Shown: piece after piece, positions 58,558-64,000 of the stretch
Layout: each line of letters opens with the position of its first letter
Numbering within the stretch: position 1 is the first letter of the stretch
Origin: Methanotrichaceae archaeon
GTDB lineage: Archaea; Halobacteriota; Methanosarcinia; Methanotrichales; Methanotrichaceae
Assembly (NCBI GenBank): GCA_022865315.1
Contig: JALHSR010000285.1
Span: forward strand, 1,626-65,625
Direction: 5' to 3'
DNA: 64,000 nt
Made by a program: the position numbers and the translations under genes
The notes under the pieces: generated by a model
The model's database searches: none
Seen by the model: the letters and a program-made list of their open reading frames with translations, nothing else
What the model was told of the DNA's origin: nothing

Positions 58558-58955
58558 AATGTCTCCATAAACCTATCCTCGAATGCAAATTTGGACAATT
58601 ATTATTTTTCCATGATTCGTTTATCAACTTTTTCCGTCTTTTCTAGTCTTGATTCTTTTCTGGTCTTGATATTCCAGATTGGCTCCATTATAATAAGCTT
58701 GAAGCATGATGATTACTCTGAGTTAATCTTGATATTTCAGGGAATAGCCCCCTTAGTCATAACGCTAAGCGATTTCAATGTGTAATCGCATGTATTATTC
58801 GTTGAATTCCTCAGATTTCCTGATAATCCAAAGTTTTGCCCCAACCTCTCAAGAAAATTTATTATTTTTTTTAGTATCAACTCTCGAATATAGATTGCCT
58901 AGGAAATAAATATGAGGATGAATTTATCTTTTCATAAATTATTTTTTTGCCGAGG

Positions 58956-58966
58956 TTTATATATAT
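58956..58966 (+). promoter_or_regulatory. TATA box upstream of the cyclase-family gene
   Basis: TTTATATATAT lies about 38 nt upstream of ATG 58999. This implies a very short leader and supports the shorter gene model. Confidence 0.45.
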
Positions 58967-58998
58967 CTCCAATTGGTATTACAATTCTTGGTGAATTA

Positions 58999-59643
58999 AT
59001 GGGATTGGTTTTCAAAGAAGTTTACGATATTACTATTCTTATTAGCGAAAATATGCCTATTTATCCTGGTGATATGCCTTTTTCAAGGCAGAAGATCTCC
59101 AAGATCGTGACTGGGCAGCCTTATAATCTTTCTGCATTTAGATTCGGGGCTCACATCGGGACCCATCTGGATGCACCTACTCACTTCTTTGATTATGGCA
59201 AATCTTTGGACCAATATCCAGCTGAACGATTCTTTTTACAAACTAGTGTTGTATCAGTCCTAGAATCTGAACGCATAGAGCCTCAAGATTTAAGTGAACT
59301 CAATATAAGGAGAGGTGAGGCAGTACTATTCAGAACAGAGAATTCTCGTCGCAGTCTTCTCAGGCGAGATTTGTTTTTGGATGACTTCGTTTATATGTCA
59401 AACGAAGCTGCAGAGTTATGTGTGCAGATAGGAGTCAGTTTAGTAGGAATCGACTACTTGTCTATTGAGAAATATGGCGAAAAGTCTGCGCCTGTTCATT
59501 CAACTCTATTAGCCAATGACGTATTGATCTTAGAGGGCATTGATTTGATTGATGTTCCTGATGGCAGATTTACTCTCATCTGTCTTCCGCTAAAAATTGA
59601 GGATTCAGAGGGAGCTCCTGCACGGGCTATTCTTGTAAGGTAA
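58999..59643 (+). CDS. Putative cyclase / kynurenine formamidase-like metallohydrolase
   Basis: MPIYPGDMPF and the HxGTHxDAPxH motif (GAHIGTHLDAPTHF). The start at ATG 58999 removes a non-conserved hydrophobic extension. Confidence 0.8.
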   Translation: MGLVFKEVYDITILISENMPIYPGDMPFSRQKISKIVTGQPYNLSAFRFGAHIGTHLDAPTHFFDYGKSLDQYPAERFFLQTSVVSVLESERIEPQDLSELNIRRGEAVLFRTENSRRSLLRRDLFLDDFVYMSNEAAELCVQIGVSLVGIDYLSIEKYGEKSAPVHSTLLANDVLILEGIDLIDVPDGRFTLICLPLKIEDSEGAPARAILVR

Positions 59644-59852
59644 ATTATAGATTCGTTAGATTATGTCCTTAAAGCGTTGCGAATCCATATCTCTCTACTT
59701 CAAAGCCATTCCAGTAATCACAATTATGAAGTTTTATCAATAAATTACTATTACTTGCTCAATTGACAAAGACTCAAAATATTTGTTTTGAGATATTATA
59801 TGAAATTTTATAATAAGGCCATATTTTAAAAACCTTGATAACTTTGAGATAA

Positions 59853-60824
59853 TTAATTCTGATAATTGCTATGTTTTCCGCTTAATACGAAATAGGCTAA
59901 TAATGCCTCAAGCTGAATCCTTTCGTTCGCTCCCTCAGTAAGGCGGAAGTCTATTTCTCCAATTCTGTCGATGAGCCTGACTTTATCCTTATCAGGGATG
60001 TCCATTTCCAGCATGGCCTTGTGGATCTGGATAACTACATCCTCGCCTGATAGACCCTTTGACAATAATAGATTGTCTAGCATCGATCTGGCTGAAATAA
60101 AATCTCCTTTCAAAGCAACGTTAATAAATTCTCGCATTTCTTCGGGCTTAGCCGTAGAAGTAATCTGGTAAATCGTCTCCTCAGTAACCATATCGCTCAA
60201 GAGAGCTGCCGCCTGAATGGCGTTTATAGCGCGCCTCATATCTCCATTGGCTACATATATAATTGCCTCCATGCCTTCATTAGATACTTTCAAACTTTCT
60301 TGATCCGCAATGTATTTGATCCTCTTTGCGATCGACTCGCTATCGAGCGGCTTGAACCTATATACTGCACATCTGGATTGTATTGGCTCAATGATTTTAG
60401 AGGAGTAGTTGCAGGAAAGGATAAACCTTGTTGTAGCACTATAACGTTCCATAGTACGTCTCAAAGCACTTTGAGCATCGTTAGTCAGGGCATCGGCCTC
60501 ATCGAGGAAAATGACTTTAAAATCTGCCTCGCCAAGAGGTGCCATTCGGGCAAACTCTTTGACTTTATGTCTAATAACGTCTATACCTCGCTCATCTGAG
60601 GCATTTAGTTCAATAAAGTTGTTTCTCCAATCTTCGCAAAATATCTCCCTCACAATAGATATGGCAGCAGCTGTCTTTCCAACACCAGGCGGGCCAGAGA
60701 AAAGCAAATGTGGCAAATTTCTTGTCTTCACGTAAGACTTCAAACGTTTAATTATCTCGTTTTGCCCTACGACATCGTCCAATAGTATTGGACGATATTT
60801 CTCTATCCAGATCTCTTCTTTAAT
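59853..60824 (-). CDS. rfcS: Replication factor C small subunit; the start codon is apparently non-canonical
   Basis: Walker A GPPGVGKT, DEAD box LDEADALT, the SRC motif and C-terminal EGANERIQLEALLAYF. The conserved N-terminal box EEIWIEKYRP is encoded in frame upstream of the first canonical start (TTG 60782). An in-frame TAG at 60825-60827 immediately precedes ATT 60822-60824. No intein. Confidence 0.85.
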   Translation of the reverse strand: MKEEIWIEKYRPILLDDVVGQNEIIKRLKSYVKTRNLPHLLFSGPPGVGKTAAAISIVREIFCEDWRNNFIELNASDERGIDVIRHKVKEFARMAPLGEADFKVIFLDEADALTNDAQSALRRTMERYSATTRFILSCNYSSKIIEPIQSRCAVYRFKPLDSESIAKRIKYIADQESLKVSNEGMEAIIYVANGDMRRAINAIQAAALLSDMVTEETIYQITSTAKPEEMREFINVALKGDFISARSMLDNLLLSKGLSGEDVVIQIHKAMLEMDIPDKDKVRLIDRIGEIDFRLTEGANERIQLEALLAYFVLSGKHSNYQN

Positions 60825-60850
60825 CTATAACTCCTCGCTGATCGGTTTCT

Positions 60851-60864
60851 AATTTAAAATATAT
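60851..60864. promoter_or_regulatory. AT-rich TATA-like element in the divergent rfcS/ileS intergenic region
   Basis: AATTTAAAATATAT on the plus strand reads TATATTTTAAATT on the minus strand, about 39 nt upstream of the proposed rfcS ATT. Confidence 0.35.
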
Positions 60865-60959
60865 CAAGATTACTTTGGAGAGTTCTATCTAAACTAAATG
60901 TCACAAAGCCTAAATATGGCCTTGATGCATGGTGGCAATCGGTTTTCGGAGGACTTGGC

Positions 60960-63900
60960 GTGATCTCTGCGGTTTCAGGACAGTACAATGCGCATGATAT
61001 AGAAGATCAGATCAGAGAATTTTGGGAAAAGTCCGGGGCCTACCGGAAGGTCAGAGCCCTAAGAAAAGGTGGAAAGCGGTTCTTTTTTGTTGACGGACCA
61101 CCTTACACAACCGGGCGTATACACCTGGGAACAGCTTGGAACAAAGTAATCAAAGATAGTGTTCTCCGATACAAATCTATGAATGGCTTTGAGGTTAAAG
61201 ACAGGGCCGGCTGGGATATGCATGGGCTGCCCATTGAGGTCAAAGTAGAGGAGTCTTTCGGTTTTAAGAGCAAGAAAGACATCGAGTCCTATGGAGTGGA
61301 CAAATTTATTCAGAGATGTAAGGAGTTTGCATTGAGGCAGATGGATGATATGACGCTTCAATTCAAGAGTCTAGGTGCTTGGCTTGATTGGGAAGACCCT
61401 TATATGACCTTGAAGAATGAGTACATTGAGGCTGCTTGGTGGACTCTTAAAAAAGCGCACGAGCACAATTTGTTGGAACGAGGTCTGCGTGTCATTAATT
61501 GGTGTCCTCGTTGCCAAACAGCACTTGCTGACGCTGAGGTGGAATACTGGGATGAGATGGATTATTCCATCTACGTTAAATTTCCCATTCAAGGTGAGGA
61601 CTGTACATATATAGTAATTTGGACAACAACACCTTGGACTATTCCGGCTAATGTGGCCATAGCAGTTCATCCTAAATTCGAATACTCTAAGGTTCGAGCT
61701 TATAAAGAAGGCCAAGTCGACGTTTTAATAATAGCTTCAGAACTTGTCGAATCTGTGCTTAAAGAAGGGCGATATAAAGATTATGAACTTTTGGAAAGGC
61801 TAACTGCTGAGGAAATGAAAGATCTGAAGTATGATAGCCCATTGATTGATATTGTTCCACACCAAGAGCAAATTATTCATAAAGTTTACACAGCAGAATT
61901 TGTAACAGCTGAACGAACAGGTTGTGTTCATATAGCCCCAGGTCACGGGATTGAGGACTTTGAACTGGGGCTGGAAAACGACCTAGAGGTATTTTGTCCG
62001 GTTGGCGAGGATGGATGCTATACTGAAGATGTAGGTCCCAAATATAAGGGTAAATTTGTCAAGGAAGCAGATAACGAAATAATCTTGGACTTAGTTAGCA
62101 ATGGCTTATTATTGGCCCAAGGAAAACTTGAACACAGATATGGTCATTGCTGGCGCTGCAAGACTCCAATAATTTTCATTGCGACAAGGCAATGGTTCCT
62201 CAAGATTTCCGATCTTCGGGGCAAGATGCTTGACGAAATTGGCAATATAATTTGGCACCCTGACTGGGCAGGTTCAGCCAGATTTGCTGATTGGATAAGC
62301 AACGCTCGTGACTGGTGCATATCTAGGCAGAGGTATTGGGGAATACCTTTGCCAATATGGAGCTGCCAGAAGTGTGGTCATATAGATGTTGTGGGCACAG
62401 CCGATGAGCTTGAGCAACGCAGTGGCCAAAAGCTCTTGGATTTGCACCGTCCTGAGGTGGATGATGTTGTTCTCGAATGTCTATGTGGGGGAAAAATGGA
62501 GCGATCGAAGGACGTCTTCGATGTTTGGTTTGATAGCGCTGTTGCTTCGTGGGCAACTTTGCGTTTTCCGCGTGAGCAAAATGAGTTCAACGAGTGGTGG
62601 CCAGCGGACTTTATCACTGAAGGCCATGACCAGACAAGAGGATGGTTCTACTCGCAGCTGGGCGCAAGCATGGTTTCGTTTGGCCAAGCTCCCTATAAGA
62701 GCGTGCTTATGCATGGTTTCACTTTGGACGAACAAGGAAGAAAGATGTCTAAAAGCATAGGTAATGTGGTCCAACCGGAGCAAGTGTTGAACAAATACGG
62801 TGCTGACATTTTGCGATTCTACGTTTTGAGTGCTAATGCTCCCTGGGATGATTTACATTTTTCCTGGGAAGCTGTAGAGAATGTAGGCCGGATGCTCAAT
62901 ATTTTTTGGAATGCATATCGTTTTGCTCTTCCTTACATGATCTTAGATAGGTTCGATCCTTCAAAGGGCGATCTTTCTGGCTTGAGAACAGCATTGCGGA
63001 TGGAGGACCTCTGGATAATTTCTCGAATTAACACTCTTGCGCAAGAAGTTACTCTGAATATGGAAAGATATGAATTGCACCGGGTAGCTCGGGCAATCTC
63101 TGAGTTCATTTTGGAAGACCTATCCAGGTGGTATATCCAACTCATTAGGCCTCGCACGTGGATCGAACAAGATGATCCTGATAAGCTGGCTGCCTATTGC
63201 ACGATTTATGAGGTATTAACAATATTGTGCAAGTTAATAGCTCCTTTCACTCCTTTCCTGGCTGAGTCCATTTATCAGAACCTAGTCCGAGGTCTAAGCT
63301 CTGCAGAACCCGAGTCAGTGCATATGTGTGACTGGCCTGTGGCAAAGAAAGAGCTGATAGATGAGAAGCTAGAAATTAGCATGTCCTTAGTGAGAGAGCT
63401 TGGTGAGGCAGCATCGAATGCTCGTCAGAAGGTCGGCCGGAAGCTAAGATGGCCTGTATCCGAGATAATAATATCACCATCTAATGAACCAGTTGACTTA
63501 TGCGGATTGGAGTCTGTATTAAGGGGTCAGACCAATTCGAAGAAGATAACGATTTTATCTCCGGGTCAGACGCCTAAAATGAATCTAGAACTTTTGCCTG
63601 TGCAGAGGCAGATTGGTCCAATTTACAAAGGCGCAGCGATGAATGTAATTCAAGCAATTAAGTCAGCTGATCCCTTTGAAGTCAAGGGACATCTTGAAAG
63701 AGGCGAAGCAGTCGTGAGTTGGGAGGGAATCAGTTATTCTATCAATAAAGATATGGTCCAATTCAAGGAAACCCCGCCAGGAAACCTTTCGGCTGCACCT
63801 TACACTCGCGGTATTTTATATGTTGACGTGACACTCACGACCGAGCTTGAAGCTGAAGGTTTCGCTCGCGAAGTAATTCGCAGGATTCAAGATATGCGGA

Positions 63901-64000
63901 AAGAGCTGGATTTGCGGGTCGAAGACCAGATCAACGTATTTATCGAATTAAACGACGAGAGGATACTTAGACTGATTGAAGCGAAAAGGGATTACATAGC
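60960..64000 (+). CDS. ileS: Isoleucyl-tRNA synthetase, 3' end outside the window
   Basis: The frame is open from 60858 to the window end and is absent from the ORF track because no stop is reached. GTG 60960 has GGAGG 7 nt upstream. HIGH-type motif PPYTTGRIHLGTAWNK near 61095-61140 and KMSKS at about 62737-62751. The antisense ORFs listed in this region are artefacts. Confidence 0.93.
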   Translation, partial: MISAVSGQYNAHDIEDQIREFWEKSGAYRKVRALRKGGKRFFFVDGPPYTTGRIHLGTAWNKVIKDSVLRYKSMNGFEVKDRAGWDMHGLPIEVKVEESFGFKSKKDIESYGVDKFIQRCKEFALRQMDDMTLQFKSLGAWLDWEDPYMTLKNEYIEAAWWTLKKAHEHNLLERGLRVINWCPRCQTALADAEVEYWDEMDYSIYVKFPIQGEDCTYIVIWTTTPWTIPANVAIAVHPKFEYSKVRAYKEGQVDVLIIASELVESVLKEGRYKDYELLERLTAEEMKDLKYDSPLIDIVPHQEQIIHKVYTAEFVTAERTGCVHIAPGHGIEDFELGLENDLEVFCPVGEDGCYTEDVGPKYKGKFVKEADNEIILDLVSNGLLLAQGKLEHRYGHCWRCKTPIIFIATRQWFLKISDLRGKMLDEIGNIIWHPDWAGSARFADWISNARDWCISRQRYWGIPLPIWSCQKCGHIDVVGTADELEQRSGQKLLDLHRPEVDDVVLECLCGGKMERSKDVFDVWFDSAVASWATLRFPREQNEFNEWWPADFITEGHDQTRGWFYSQLGASMVSFGQAPYKSVLMHGFTLDEQGRKMSKSIGNVVQPEQVLNKYGADILRFYVLSANAPWDDLHFSWEAVENVGRMLNIFWNAYRFALPYMILDRFDPSKGDLSGLRTALRMEDLWIISRINTLAQEVTLNMERYELHRVARAISEFILEDLSRWYIQLIRPRTWIEQDDPDKLAAYCTIYEVLTILCKLIAPFTPFLAESIYQNLVRGLSSAEPESVHMCDWPVAKKELIDEKLEISMSLVRELGEAASNARQKVGRKLRWPVSEIIISPSNEPVDLCGLESVLRGQTNSKKITILSPGQTPKMNLELLPVQRQIGPIYKGAAMNVIQAIKSADPFEVKGHLERGEAVVSWEGISYSINKDMVQFKETPPGNLSAAPYTRGILYVDVTLTTELEAEGFAREVIRRIQDMRKELDLRVEDQINVFIELNDERILRLIEAKRDYI

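Noticed and set aside
60825-60827. In-frame TAG upstream of rfcS considered as a pyrrolysine or read-through codon
   Set aside because: The upstream in-frame codons (KPISEEL) are not conserved RFC sequence and contain the Shine-Dalgarno-like GAGGAG. No PYLIS-like context can be argued. A non-canonical start after the TAG is the simpler explanation.
61059-62783. Several 75-124-aa ORFs on both strands inside 61059-62783
   Set aside because: The whole region is covered by the open-ended ileS frame (HIGH-type and KMSKS motifs present). That frame is missing from the track only because it has no stop within the window.

Overview
The window is a gene-dense archaeal chromosomal segment of roughly 40% GC by eye. 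Evidence for an archaeon: a complete A1AO ATP synthase operon in the order H-I-K-E-C-F-A-B-D, TFB, Gar1, thermosome, RFC small subunit, class V FBP aldolase/phosphatase, form III RuBisCO and a tungsten AOR. The gene order and the DUF1699/DUF2240-like families resemble Methanosarcinales/Methanomicrobia relatives, but I cannot confirm that without a search. I support about 54 protein genes. I found no rRNA, tRNA, CRISPR array, transposase or integrase.

Layout:
- 1-6.5 kb: a GT2 fragment and two translationally coupled giant secreted proteins.
- 7.8-10.6 kb: two tandem B12-type radical SAM genes behind a 740-nt gene-free leader that carries a perfect palindrome next to a TATA box.
- 10.8-12.1 kb: Dph6 overlapping a divergent glutamine amidotransferase.
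- 14-31.5 kb: a glycan-biosynthesis island with four GT-B glycosyltransferases, a methyltransferase, an AsnB-like amidotransferase, glmS, two GlmU-like paralogs and a full WbpA/B/E/D/I-like set.
- 31.9-36.7 kb: AOR plus ferredoxin, FBP aldolase/phosphatase and a compact RuBisCO.
- 36.8-45.4 kb: the ATP synthase operon.
- 45.9-64 kb: housekeeping genes interspersed with a TrpB2/COG3199 pair and a membrane-anchored single-HKD PLD protein coupled to a HemK-like methylase.

Best candidates for undescribed biology, all hypotheses:
- the secreted envelope-protein pair (510-6451);
- the radical SAM pair with its operator-like palindrome (7575-10618);
- Dph6-GATase coupling;
- the TrpB2-COG3199 overlap;
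- the PLD/methylase pair;
- an RFC small-subunit gene whose conserved N-terminus has no canonical start codon.
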